A DNA stretch of 64,000 nt from Verrucomicrobiota bacterium (GCA_008933015.1 WBXH01000001.1:3576-67575); one strand, 5' to 3'. Positions 37,449-47,434 are shown, counted from the stretch's first letter. The notes: generated from the letters alone by a model not told the origin. Program-made: numbers and translations.

Positions 37449-37483
37449 TCCACTTTTCACCACTACACCCCACTTTTACCCAC
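37449..37483 (-). promoter_or_regulatory. putative MraZ operator: four direct GTGGN boxes with exact 10-bp phasing
   Basis: The minus strand reads GTGGG-TAAAA-GTGGG-GTGTA-GTGGT-GAAAA-GTGGA. On the plus strand the NCCAC boxes lie at 37449-53, 37459-63, 37469-73 and 37479-83. The array ends 23 nt upstream of the mraZ ATG. A TTGACG hexamer (plus strand 37497-37502) lies just upstream. Confidence 0.55.
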
Positions 37484-37824
37484 CATTCCGCATGCACGTC
37501 AATTCGATTCAGTGTAATTTCTTCATTTTTCAAGAAATACGACCTGCCTAGCCTCAAGAATCTTGATTGATAAATGGTGGGATCAACCTAAAATAGTGCA
37601 GTCGATTGATCCCAGTCCAACTTAAGCTACGCACTGATACCAGCGGCTAAAAATTCTTCTTACCAAAACATCTTATTCGAAAAAGGAACCGATTGAGGCC
37701 CTAAAGCATCATACTTTTGCTTTCACAACCCAAAAGCAATCATCACCTAGTTAAGGAAACTCTCTCATGCCTCTTGGGAGGCATGGTCTAATACCCTGCA
37801 CGCAACTTGCTTTCTGTTTCCGTC

Positions 37825-40410
37825 CTAGAGTGAATCAGCGGGTGCTACTTCGTCCTCTTTTTGAGATACCACTGGAGCAATACACTGCAACTTCTCTCCC
37901 TTGGGAAGATTGATAAGGCGTACTCCCATAGCATTCCGTCCCGTTTCACGGATTTTATCCACGGGAGTGCGTACCATCTGACCTCCTGAGGTAATAAGCA
38001 TGATCTCATCAGAATCAGTAACCGAGAGAGCACCCACCACGCAACCCACCTTGTCGCCGGTCTTCATGGTGATGATGCCTTTCCCACCTCGCGACTGTTT
38101 GCGGTACTCATCGAAAGAGGTGCGCTTGCCGATGCCGTTCTCTCCAGCAACAAGAAGCATACAGTCGTTGCGAACAAGGCTAACAGAGACAACCTCATCC
38201 CCTTCACTTGGTCGGATTCCCCAAACACCAACTGTTTTGCGGCCCTGATCACGTAGTTCCTCCTCACTGAAGCGGATACTCATTCCCTCTTTGGTCACAA
38301 GAACAACCTCATCATGACCATCGGTGATAGAGGCGGAGATGAGCACATCACCCTCCTCAATCTTGATTGCGATGATCCCCCCCTTACGAATATTGGAGAA
38401 GTCACCTAGATTGGATTTCTTAACGATGCCACTGCGGGTTGCGAAGAAGATGTGCTTGTCAGGATTCCACGTTGTCTCAATCCCGCCCGCACCCCCGCTC
38501 GTGGTCGACTCGATGCGGAGTGTGGCAGCTATCTGCTCACCTGATTGCAGGTTCAGGATGTTGGCGATTGATTTACCTTTGGCCGTACGACTCATCTCGG
38601 GAATCTCGTAGACCCGTTCGACATAGCAGCGTCCCGTCTTGGTAAAGAAGACAAGGTAATCGTGCGTGCTGGCAGTGAAGAGATGCTCCACGAAGTCATC
38701 GTCTTCGGTATCGTTCTGCGCCTCCTTGGTGGTCATGCCAATGACTCCCTTGCCACCTCGCTTCTGCGAGCGGTAGGCGCTGACGGCAGTACGCTTTATT
38801 AGTCCCTTGTGCGTGACGGTGATGATGCATCCTTCATTGGCGATCAGGTCCTCAATGGAGATCTCTCCCTCTTCGGGAACAAGTTCGGTGAGTCGCGGAC
38901 CAGCATGCTTCTCCCGGATTATCTTGAGCTCGGTCTTGATGATGGAGAGAACCCTCTCCTCGCTTCCAAGGATATCGACGAGATTGGCAATGGTCTTAAG
39001 AAGTTCCTGATACTCGTTATTAAGTTTGTCGCGCTCAAGACCCGTGAGTTGGTAGAGACGCAATTCGAGGATCGCATCGGTCTGCGTCTCACTGAAGCAG
39101 TACTGCCCCTTATCGTTGAGACGCGATTCGTGGCGGAGCAGGATGCCGAATTTCTCTACTTCTTTCTTCGAGAAATCAAGAGCCAGCAGGCGGGTGCGAG
39201 CCTCGTCGCGGTTCAAGGAGTCGCGGATAATCTTGATGAAGTTATCCAGGTTGGCGAGGGCGATAAGGTATCCCTCAAGTTTCTCAGCACGTGTTTCCGC
39301 TTCACGAAGGAGAAAGCGGGTACGGCGCAGAATGACCTCGCGACGATGCTCAATGAAGCAGGTGATGGCTTCCTTTAGTGATAGAAGCTTCGGACGGCCA
39401 CGGTCAATGGCGAGCATGGAAACCGAGAAAGAGGACTCCAGCGCGGTGTGCTTGTAGAGATTATTGATGACGACCTTGGGGATTGCATCCCGCTTGAGTT
39501 CGATCACCACTCTTGTGTTCTCATCCGACTCGTCGCGGATCGCACTGATGTCGGTAATGATTTTTTCATTTACTAGGCCTGCAATCCGCTCCACCAAGGT
39601 GGCACGGTTTACATTGTAGGGTATTTCCGTGATGACAATCTGCTCACGCCCTCCCTTGATCTCCTCGACCCCAGCCCTGCCCCGAACTTTCACCGATCCA
39701 CGACCAGTCTCAAAATATTGTCGAATGCCTCCAATACCACAGAGTTGGCAACCCGTTGGAAAATCAGGCCCTTTGATGTATTTCATCAACTCGTCGAGCG
39801 TGATGTCTGGATTGTCTACCTGGGCACAAACGGCATCGATGGTTTCTCCGAGATTATGGGGAGGAATATTGGTTGCCATACCGACGGCAATACCAGTGCC
39901 ACCGTTCACCAGAAGGTTTGGAATGGCTGCAGGAAAGACTGTAGGTTCTTCACGGGTATCGTCGTAGTTCGGAACGAAATTGACCGTGTCGTGATCCATG
40001 TCCTCCATCAGGACCGCTCCCAAGGGGCGCAACCTTGCCTCGGTATAACGCATGGAAGCCGGCGGATCTCCCTCGACGGATCCGAAATTACCCTGCCCCT
40101 CGATAAGTGTCTCCCTCATCGCCCATTTCTGAGCCATGTGAACAAGGGTCGGGTAGATGGCCTGATCTCCGTGGGGATGGTAGTTACCCATCGTCTCACC
40201 GACAATTTTAGCGCATTTGAGATGCTTGCGCGTCGGCATCACTCCAAGCTCGCTCATAGCGAAGAGGATGCGGCGCTGGGAGGGTTTGAGGCCGTCACGA
40301 GCATCAGGCAAAGCCCTTGAAATGATGACGGACATGGAATAATCGAGAAAGGATCTCGAGATTTCCTCGGCCACATCGATCGGTTCTACTTTTTCGTTCT
40401 GGTTATACAA
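37825..40410 (-). CDS. gyrA: DNA gyrase subunit A
   Basis: 861 aa. It has ALPDARDGLKP.QRRIL, the active-site region with MRYTEARL, and C-terminal beta-pinwheel repeats with a GyrA-box-like QSRGGKG. Confidence 0.95.
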   Translation of the reverse strand: MYNQNEKVEPIDVAEEISRSFLDYSMSVIISRALPDARDGLKPSQRRILFAMSELGVMPTRKHLKCAKIVGETMGNYHPHGDQAIYPTLVHMAQKWAMRETLIEGQGNFGSVEGDPPASMRYTEARLRPLGAVLMEDMDHDTVNFVPNYDDTREEPTVFPAAIPNLLVNGGTGIAVGMATNIPPHNLGETIDAVCAQVDNPDITLDELMKYIKGPDFPTGCQLCGIGGIRQYFETGRGSVKVRGRAGVEEIKGGREQIVITEIPYNVNRATLVERIAGLVNEKIITDISAIRDESDENTRVVIELKRDAIPKVVINNLYKHTALESSFSVSMLAIDRGRPKLLSLKEAITCFIEHRREVILRRTRFLLREAETRAEKLEGYLIALANLDNFIKIIRDSLNRDEARTRLLALDFSKKEVEKFGILLRHESRLNDKGQYCFSETQTDAILELRLYQLTGLERDKLNNEYQELLKTIANLVDILGSEERVLSIIKTELKIIREKHAGPRLTELVPEEGEISIEDLIANEGCIITVTHKGLIKRTAVSAYRSQKRGGKGVIGMTTKEAQNDTEDDDFVEHLFTASTHDYLVFFTKTGRCYVERVYEIPEMSRTAKGKSIANILNLQSGEQIAATLRIESTTSGGAGGIETTWNPDKHIFFATRSGIVKKSNLGDFSNIRKGGIIAIKIEEGDVLISASITDGHDEVVLVTKEGMSIRFSEEELRDQGRKTVGVWGIRPSEGDEVVSVSLVRNDCMLLVAGENGIGKRTSFDEYRKQSRGGKGIITMKTGDKVGCVVGALSVTDSDEIMLITSGGQMVRTPVDKIRETGRNAMGVRLINLPKGEKLQCIAPVVSQKEDEVAPADSL

Positions 40411-40552
40411 GGGATTGGGCCATTTCGGCGATTAAGGGTTTACTTCCCACAATATAGAGTACGGGCTGATCATGTGAAAAGTAAGAAAGTGGAAATTTTG
40501 ACGACGCTCTCGACCTCAGGACTTTTACCCAAAAATCGAAAAACCAACCGTC

Positions 40553-41569
40553 TCAATCTTTCTGTGTCTGCTTTTCCAACTCCTTGACCCTCTCGAAAAG
40601 TTTGTGAAGTTGCGAAATATAGAAATTCATTTCCTTCCACTCCTTCATCGGTTTGGCAGGAGCGCCGATCAACAAACTGCCGGCTGGCACATTTTTAGAA
40701 ACTCCTGCTTTGGCCCCCAAAATCGCGTTGTCACCGATCTCCAGGTGTCCGGCCAATCCCACTTGACCTGCCAGTGTGACATGCGACCCTGTTCTTGTAC
40801 TCCCAGAAATTCCTACTTGGGAGCAGATGATTGAGTGCGGGCCGATCTGCACATTGTGAGCAATCTGGACAAGGTTATCAATTTTACTCCCCTCTCCGAT
40901 CACCGTCCTGCCAAAACGCGCCCTGTCAACAGTCGTATTGGCTCCAATTTCGACATCATTCCCTATTTCGACAATTCCTGTCTGGGGAATTTTACGCTGC
41001 TTTCCCTCCACAAGTTCATACCCAAAACCACAAGAACCGATCACCGCACCAGGTTGGATAATCACCCTGTCTCCCAAGAGACAGCGCTCCCTGATGATCA
41101 CTCCCGGATAGAGCCTGCAACCCGATCCCAGACGCGTTTCAGGACCGATTAGACAACCTTCGCCAATAATCGAACCGGTGCCGATGACCACATTTTCACC
41201 GATGACTGCAAGGGCTCCTATCGATGACCCTTCTCCGATTTTCGCCGTGGCATCAACGATAGCCGAGGGGTGCACGCCCTGTTTGGGTATGATTTCATCA
41301 GGCACAAACATCCTGACAATCCGAGCAAAGGCTTCCGACGGGTTAGCTACACGCAATAGCAGAGCAGGGACCTCTTCTTTGAAATCCAGAGGAGCAATAA
41401 CTGCAGAAGCTTTACTGATACGGAGTTGGGAAAGATAGCGTGGATTTCCAAAAAAACTAACCTCTCCTGCGCGGGCTTCAAGCAGGGATGCTGGTCCGGT
41501 TATCTCGGCATCTGGAGTGTCACTTGGTAATTCCACTCCAATAAAAATGGCCAATTCACGCAACTTCAT
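40553..41569 (-). CDS. lpxD: UDP-3-O-acylglucosamine N-acyltransferase
   Basis: 338 aa with left-handed beta-helix hexapeptide repeats. It sits in the conserved bamA-skp-lpxD order. Confidence 0.9.
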   Translation of the reverse strand: MKLRELAIFIGVELPSDTPDAEITGPASLLEARAGEVSFFGNPRYLSQLRISKASAVIAPLDFKEEVPALLLRVANPSEAFARIVRMFVPDEIIPKQGVHPSAIVDATAKIGEGSSIGALAVIGENVVIGTGSIIGEGCLIGPETRLGSGCRLYPGVIIRERCLLGDRVIIQPGAVIGSCGFGYELVEGKQRKIPQTGIVEIGNDVEIGANTTVDRARFGRTVIGEGSKIDNLVQIAHNVQIGPHSIICSQVGISGSTRTGSHVTLAGQVGLAGHLEIGDNAILGAKAGVSKNVPAGSLLIGAPAKPMKEWKEMNFYISQLHKLFERVKELEKQTQKD

Positions 41570-41655
41570 CGGATTAGTTCAACTATTCCTTTAGCGAATG
41601 AAGACAGAAGAACCAAGAGACTTCCCTTGGTATCAGACACCTATCAATTTGGCCT

Positions 41656-42240
41656 TTATTTTGAGACAGGAGCGTTCTTGTTCAGGGCCGTGATCACGTC
41701 CTGACTGAAATCTAGATCATCACGGGAAAATAGGACTACGGGAACCGCACCGGCGCTGAGTCCTGATTTATCAAAGACAATATCGTAGCCCTTGGCTTTC
41801 ACGAGATCGTTCACCGTTTTCATGATGTCATCGACGATATCCTTGCGCATCCTGAGAAACTGATCCTGCAGGGTCTTCTGCTTGGCACTGCGGAAGTCAG
41901 CGATCTCACGGTCCATAGAGCGGGCGGCAGCCACTTTTGTCTGCTGATCCTTGAGTTTGGCATCACGAGCCTCCTTGGATAGATCCGTTTTTTCCAAATC
42001 AGAATTGATTGCACTGATCTCCTGCATGCTCTTCTTGAGAGTGTCGACCCGGCCATTGAGATCGTCATTCGCAGCTTTCTCGGCTTCAGCGTACTTGGCC
42101 TGTGCATTCTTGGTCTTGTAGTACTCACTAAAAACCCTGTTCATGTCGACAGTCCCGAATTTGACTTGGGCATTTGCGAGAGAACCCCCTCCCATTAGCA
42201 ATAGTGTGGCAAGAAGTGCGGTGCGGATGAATTTTTTCAT
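41656..42240 (-). CDS. skp: periplasmic chaperone Skp/OmpH
   Basis: 194 aa with a signal peptide and a long charged coiled-coil arm. It lies between bamA and lpxD. Confidence 0.8.
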   Translation of the reverse strand: MKKFIRTALLATLLLMGGGSLANAQVKFGTVDMNRVFSEYYKTKNAQAKYAEAEKAANDDLNGRVDTLKKSMQEISAINSDLEKTDLSKEARDAKLKDQQTKVAAARSMDREIADFRSAKQKTLQDQFLRMRKDIVDDIMKTVNDLVKAKGYDIVFDKSGLSAGAVPVVLFSRDDLDFSQDVITALNKNAPVSK

Positions 42241-42279
42241 GGAAATAGTAGATGATTCTTGGGGTTGTTTTAACCGATC

Positions 42280-44697
42280 TTAAAAAGTGTAGCCAACATT
42301 AAAGTTAAACTGCCCGTTGCTTTTGTTCCATTGGTCAGACATTACGGGATATCCCCAGTCGATGCGAATGGGGCCGATCGGGAGTTCGATACGGGCACCA
42401 ATTCCGACGTCGCCGTTGAGACCTCCAGAAGTAGAGCTTAATGAATAATTGTTTAGTGAATAGCCACTGGCAGTTGTCTTAGGAAGACCAGTCGTGACCT
42501 GAGTTGGATTAAAGTCAAACGTTCCCGCGTTGACAAATCCCCAATCCGAGAAGAATGCACCTCTGAGTCGCGGAATAATCGGAAAAGTGATTTCTGCCGT
42601 TCCATAGACGGAAGTGCTTCCCCCGATCGGGTTACCGAAGAAATCCTTGGGACCAACTTCCCGGAAGGCAAATCCTCTCATGTCATTGGCACCACCGAGG
42701 TAGAGTTCGTCAAAGATCGGCGGAGCATTGTTGATGGTTCCCTTTGTGCCGCTACCCCAAGGGTTCATGACTCCAACTGAACCCTTCGTCAGAAGAATCA
42801 TATCCCAAGGAAGTGGGAAGTATTTCTTGGCTTCCAGATTCAGTCCATAATCCTGCACGTTGCCCCCCAAGCCCCCACCCGCCACGACACCACTCAAGTT
42901 AATAGATTGACCTTTGTGGGTTAGGAAAAGACTGTCGCGATTATCGTAATCCAATCCAAGCAGGATGGCGCTTTTCGTGTAGGGAGAGTTGGCACCGGCT
43001 TGGTTGATTGCCTGTCCATAGTTGCCGGTCAGGTTGTATATTCTAATATCTTCAAGTCTGTATTCGCCGCGCAGGGCGGTGAAGGGAGTGATCGCCTTGC
43101 GGGCCTGAAGCGCCCCTCCGAGATTTGACTGGCTATAGACCGGACTCAGGAAGGTCGCTGCATGGTAGTAAAGCTCCTCACCCACGGAAACCTTGTACCC
43201 CATGAACCAAGGTTCCGTCAGAGACATCGTGAAATCCTGACGCTGAAGACCATACTGCACTCGAATCCTAAAACGTTCGCCCGCACCTGTAAAATAGGGC
43301 CAGTTGAAGAGATCGAAGTTCGACTGCTGGAGTTCGGCAAATCCAACAAGGCTGTCAATCGAGCTGAATCCTGCACCGAAATTGAAGGAACCGGTCTTCT
43401 TTTCGTCCACGATGACGTCGAGATTCTTTCGCCCGGGGACAAGTGTGTCCTGAGGAGCCATGTCGACCTTGGAGAAATAATTTAAATTCATCAGCCGCGT
43501 CTTGCTGAGATCGACAAGGGTAGTATCAAAAACTCCTCCGGGCTGCACCGCCAACTCCCTGCGAATCACGTTATCCTTTGTCTTGGTGTTGCCTTGAACA
43601 TTGATCAGGTTGACATAGGACTGAACCCCCTCGTCGATGCGATAGGTCAGGTCGATCTGCCCCTCTCCTGAGGGCGTGATCTGCGGCTGCGCCACCATGT
43701 CGACATATCCGCGGGAACCGTAAAAATCGCGAAGCTTTTTCATATCAGCCCCCATGCCGTCCGGCGTATAGAGCGATCCCGAATTCATCTTGAGTTGGCG
43801 CTCGAGGTCAGCGGAGGGGACGATGGAGGCCCCTTCAACAGCGAGCTTCTTCACACGGTACTGCGTTCCCTCGGAGATAGAGATCACCAGATCGATACCT
43901 TTCCCGTTAGGTAAGGGGGTCGTCTGCACATCGGTGACACGCATGTCCGCAAATCCGCGGTTCATGTAAAGCGTCCTGATCGCCTCCTTGTCCTCCTCCA
44001 TCTGGGCCGGTAGAAGCCTTCCCGCTTTTGTAAGGAAGGAAAGTAGATTTGCCGTTTTAGTTTTCATCACCTTGAGGAGATCCTTTGGAAACACGGAGTC
44101 ATTTCCGGTAAAACTGATGCGTCGAATCACAAGTTTAGGGCCCTCATTAACCGAAAAAACCACTCTGATTCTTTTATCTGGAAGTTCCGACGTCTTGGCT
44201 TCGACCTTCACATCAGTAAAGTTCCTGTCCTCGTAGAGCTTGATGATCTTTTGACGGTCATCGTTGAGTCGGTCGTCACTCATCGGTTCCCCGGGCTTGG
44301 TGGCAATTTCCTTGCGAATTTTAGCGGGCTTCACCGCTTCCGCACCCTCGATCTGAACCTCACCCACCGTCAACCTACCCTGCAATAGGACGGTGACTTT
44401 AAGGCCCCCTGTCACCGGTTCGGCGAACATGCGGGCATTAGAAACGTTGCCAGTGGCATAGAGGGCCTTGATATCCTCCTCAACAAGTCGATCATTGTAG
44501 GGAGCCCCAGGCTTGGTGGCCAGATTATCAAGAACCCTCTGCTTGCTAAGCGTGGTGGGGCCCAGAAAACGGACATCAATCTCCTGAACGATGGGAGCTT
44601 GCTGGGGAACCTGAGCCCAGGCATACGACATAAATGCCCCCACGAAGGCTGCAACCAGTGCGATCAGCAGGGCATTTAAATTTCGAGTGCGGATCAT
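42280..44697 (-). CDS. bamA: outer membrane protein assembly factor BamA
   Basis: It has a signal peptide (from MIRTRNLNALLIALVAAF...AWAQ at 44697), repeated POTRA units, and a C-terminal 16-strand barrel ending in an aromatic residue (...NVGYTF). The ORF extends upstream to 44733. Confidence 0.9.
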   Translation of the reverse strand: MIRTRNLNALLIALVAAFVGAFMSYAWAQVPQQAPIVQEIDVRFLGPTTLSKQRVLDNLATKPGAPYNDRLVEEDIKALYATGNVSNARMFAEPVTGGLKVTVLLQGRLTVGEVQIEGAEAVKPAKIRKEIATKPGEPMSDDRLNDDRQKIIKLYEDRNFTDVKVEAKTSELPDKRIRVVFSVNEGPKLVIRRISFTGNDSVFPKDLLKVMKTKTANLLSFLTKAGRLLPAQMEEDKEAIRTLYMNRGFADMRVTDVQTTPLPNGKGIDLVISISEGTQYRVKKLAVEGASIVPSADLERQLKMNSGSLYTPDGMGADMKKLRDFYGSRGYVDMVAQPQITPSGEGQIDLTYRIDEGVQSYVNLINVQGNTKTKDNVIRRELAVQPGGVFDTTLVDLSKTRLMNLNYFSKVDMAPQDTLVPGRKNLDVIVDEKKTGSFNFGAGFSSIDSLVGFAELQQSNFDLFNWPYFTGAGERFRIRVQYGLQRQDFTMSLTEPWFMGYKVSVGEELYYHAATFLSPVYSQSNLGGALQARKAITPFTALRGEYRLEDIRIYNLTGNYGQAINQAGANSPYTKSAILLGLDYDNRDSLFLTHKGQSINLSGVVAGGGLGGNVQDYGLNLEAKKYFPLPWDMILLTKGSVGVMNPWGSGTKGTINNAPPIFDELYLGGANDMRGFAFREVGPKDFFGNPIGGSTSVYGTAEITFPIIPRLRGAFFSDWGFVNAGTFDFNPTQVTTGLPKTTASGYSLNNYSLSSTSGGLNGDVGIGARIELPIGPIRIDWGYPVMSDQWNKSNGQFNFNVGYTF

Positions 44698-44773
44698 GTT
44701 GCGGAAGTTGTCGATTTCACCTGTCAAAAACAAACGTTATTTCATGGGTTGATTAGTGACTCTGGTCAAGCCG

Positions 44774-45607
44774 CTATTTCCCCTCGGAAGAGGCGTATTG
44801 TTCAAGAATTCCCGAAATCTCGCTCAAACTGGTGATCGTATGGTCAGCCGTGACATTCGCGTGCTCCTCGGATCCCGGAACCTTGATCCAAATGGAACGG
44901 ATTCCGGCATTTCTAGCCCCAGAAATGTCACGCTCTAGGCTGTTCCCCACCATCAGGGCCTCCTCTGGAGAAATATGCAACTCTGCCAGTAGTCGGTGAA
45001 AAATCTCCGGGTTAGGCTTTCCGATACCATATTCCCCAGAAATCGCGATGGCGTGAAACTGGTCTCCCAACCCCGAAGCCTCTATCTTTTCACGCTGTAG
45101 ATCGGGAGCGCCATTGGTCAGCAATGCGATCCGATAGGTCGGAGATAGCTTAGCAATGATTTCACGAGCTCCCGGCATGAGACGCTGACGGGAGCGGCGG
45201 GCGGCGGCAAACTCGACCGAGAGCAATTCCGCCGCCTCGGCAGGGAAATCCTCAAGTTGCTCCGTCAAAGTCCTTTGGAATACCTCCCTGCGATAAGTGC
45301 GGGACCAGTTACGAAGGGAGGTCAACTCATTTGACTCACCGTCAAACCCACCCCAGAGGCATTCAAACGCACTGATTCCGATTTCACGACAGAACGGGCG
45401 GCATTCCCCCGAAGCCCATAGTTCACGGGAGATGGACGTGGCATCATGGGTAAAAGCTATGGGATCAATCCCAAAGCGCGATTTTGCAAGGGCCGCCGTA
45501 TGGTCAAAAGATTCGTGGGAAACCGCCTCATCAACGGCAAGTGTATCATCAAGATCAAAGAGGATGGCACGGATCGGCATAGTAGAGAACTTTGCCTCAT
45601 CAAACAT
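44774..45607 (-). CDS. HAD-superfamily hydrolase
   Basis: It has HAD motif I (ILFDLDDTL), motif II (LTNG), and motifs III/IV (K...VGNS..RDI.GA). The start may instead be the internal ATG at 45580. Confidence 0.75.
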   Translation of the reverse strand: MFDEAKFSTMPIRAILFDLDDTLAVDEAVSHESFDHTAALAKSRFGIDPIAFTHDATSISRELWASGECRPFCREIGISAFECLWGGFDGESNELTSLRNWSRTYRREVFQRTLTEQLEDFPAEAAELLSVEFAAARRSRQRLMPGAREIIAKLSPTYRIALLTNGAPDLQREKIEASGLGDQFHAIAISGEYGIGKPNPEIFHRLLAELHISPEEALMVGNSLERDISGARNAGIRSIWIKVPGSEEHANVTADHTITSLSEISGILEQYASSEGK

Positions 45608-45750
45608 CCATCAACGAGATAAAATTCATGAAAAATTGTTTTAAAATCTCCACCCATGAAAGAAAAAGGCAACTTCCGCCCAAGCCGACGCAAGGACAAT
45701 GAGCTTTTCCTCTTGATAAGCGTACTACTCTGAGTGAGATTTTAATTTCT

Positions 45751-46122
45751 ATGAAGTTCATCACATCATCCCTCCTTACGGTTGCCCTCCTTGGTGCAGT
45801 CGTAAACACCTCCAAGGCGTCAGACGACGCCACAGCCGGTACTTTCCAGTGTATCTCCACTAAACTCACAATCGCCGACAAGCAGGTCGATTCAGTCGTG
45901 CAGTGGAACACGAAAACTGGCGAAGCCCGTCTTCTCAACGCGGCTTCCTTCGCTGACAAATCAACAGGACAACAGGGCAATCTGATCGGATGGGTTCCTC
46001 TCACCGATCTCCAACAGGCCGTTCAGAACCTAGCCTCGCAGATCCAGGCTCAGCAGGCAGCCAAGGGAACAAATGCAGTACCTGCATCGACCCCTATCAA
46101 GCCTAAGAAGTCTTCCAATTAA
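45751..46122 (+). CDS. small secreted hypothetical protein
   Basis: 123 aa with a clear signal peptide (MKFITSSLLTVALLGAVVNTSKA). I recognise no other motif. It is followed by a strong terminator. Confidence 0.5.
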   Translation: MKFITSSLLTVALLGAVVNTSKASDDATAGTFQCISTKLTIADKQVDSVVQWNTKTGEARLLNAASFADKSTGQQGNLIGWVPLTDLQQAVQNLASQIQAQQAAKGTNAVPASTPIKPKKSSN

Positions 46123-46142
46123 TCCGTAAGTTTCATTTCTTT

Positions 46143-46182
46143 AAAAGCCGGGGCATGCTTAGAAGCGGCTCCGGCTTTTTTG
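46143..46182 (+). terminator. Rho-independent terminator
   Basis: The sequence AAAAGCCGG...CCGGCTTTTTT forms a GC stem flanked by an A-tract and a T-tract, so it may act in both directions. Confidence 0.6.
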
Positions 46183-46346
46183 TGCCCTGATACTAATGAT
46201 CCCTTCCAAGTCGCCAAAATATCACCGCTTCCAAGGGGAGAAGCGAAAGAAAAGACATGTGAATGACGCCGAAAATTTTTTGCGTGCTAAATCCATCCCC
46301 TTACGGCGGGTCGAATGGACTACCTTGAAGAAAAACAGTAAAAATG

Positions 46347-47363
46347 TCAGGAGATGCAGCAGGCGCCATCGTGGTACCCGGGTTGAAGATGCATTGCGTA
46401 ATCAGCCCCGCCCCGCGCCTGTATGGAAACGATGAACTTCTGACGCTCTTCAGGGGTCATGGGATTGGCAACACGGGATGCAGCAACCGCCTGCTGAGCA
46501 AAAGTCATGGAATCGATCCCTACACACTGGGTCGTCACATTAGGATAGCTGAGTGCGTAGTTGATCACCTGATTGATGGTGACCAGACCATGCAGGTTCG
46601 CACGCTTGCTGCCGCCAAACCCTTTCATGCCGATGCAGGCGATCCCCTTCTCCTTGAGTAGAGGCATCACAACGGTATCAAATTCCTTCGCTTGAAGGGT
46701 GTTTCCAAGCACCGAGACTGGCATGAGTGAGGCATCGAAGGGAAAACCTCCCTCAATCATCTTCACATGAGCCTGTGGGCTGTCATGACCAGTAAAGCCG
46801 GTGTAGCGAACCATTCCTTTCTGCTGGGCTTCCACAAGGGCCTCAATGACTCCACCCTTTGCATATGCAGGCGCGACATCGACATCCTTGACTTCATGGA
46901 TCATCCAGAGATCAAGATGGTCTGTTTTAAGACGCTTTAGTTGCTCCTGAAGCATCTGAAGGGCAATTTCTTTATCAGTGCCTGTGTAGGGATGTTTGGA
47001 GGGTTTGCCTCGATGAATACATACCTTCGACATAATGTTGACCTTGTCGCGCCATCCTCCGGCAAGCGCCTGCCCCATCCAAACCTCGGCCCGTCCATCA
47101 TGGTACTCGTAGCAGTTATCAAAAAAGTTTACTCCCTGATCGATCGCGTAATGGGCAATGTTCGTGGCTTCCTCGACAGTGGGAGCCAAAGCAAGGGTGT
47201 GACCACCGAGCCCAATGATGCTGAACATCTCGTCGTGACGACCGAATTTCCTGCGCGGGATCGTTCCGGTAAGGGTTTCGGAACTTGTGGCCGGAACACC
47301 CAGCGCCTGAGCAGCGGGAAGAAGGCCGAGCATGCCAAGAAAGGAGCGACGTGTGAGGGACAT
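46347..47363 (-). CDS. aldo/keto reductase with twin-arginine (Tat) signal peptide
   Basis: 338 aa. The N-terminus MSLTRRSFLGMLGLLPAAQALG has a Tat-type RR motif. The body is an AKR TIM barrel (FDNCYEYHDG, IHE) with a C-terminal GACCIS. Confidence 0.8.
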   Translation of the reverse strand: MSLTRRSFLGMLGLLPAAQALGVPATSSETLTGTIPRRKFGRHDEMFSIIGLGGHTLALAPTVEEATNIAHYAIDQGVNFFDNCYEYHDGRAEVWMGQALAGGWRDKVNIMSKVCIHRGKPSKHPYTGTDKEIALQMLQEQLKRLKTDHLDLWMIHEVKDVDVAPAYAKGGVIEALVEAQQKGMVRYTGFTGHDSPQAHVKMIEGGFPFDASLMPVSVLGNTLQAKEFDTVVMPLLKEKGIACIGMKGFGGSKRANLHGLVTINQVINYALSYPNVTTQCVGIDSMTFAQQAVAASRVANPMTPEERQKFIVSIQARGGADYAMHLQPGYHDGACCIS

Positions 47364-47434
47364 GTATAGATGCTGATACCCAAAGCCTGAGTATGAAAAG
47401 CTGAATTTTGTCCTAATTTACGGAACTTGCCCAA

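Noticed and set aside
37579-37613. An inverted repeat GGGATCAA-N19-TTGATCCC in the gyrA-mraZ intergenic region.
   Set aside because: It could be a regulator site or an RNA hairpin with a large loop. However, 8-bp arms with a 19-nt loop are weak evidence, and I can assign no known motif or strand-specific context.
46196-46435. A 79-aa ORF between the terminator and the AKR gene.
   Set aside because: It is Lys/Arg-rich, overlaps the 3' end of the convergent AKR gene, has no ribosome-binding context, and starts just after a strong terminator.
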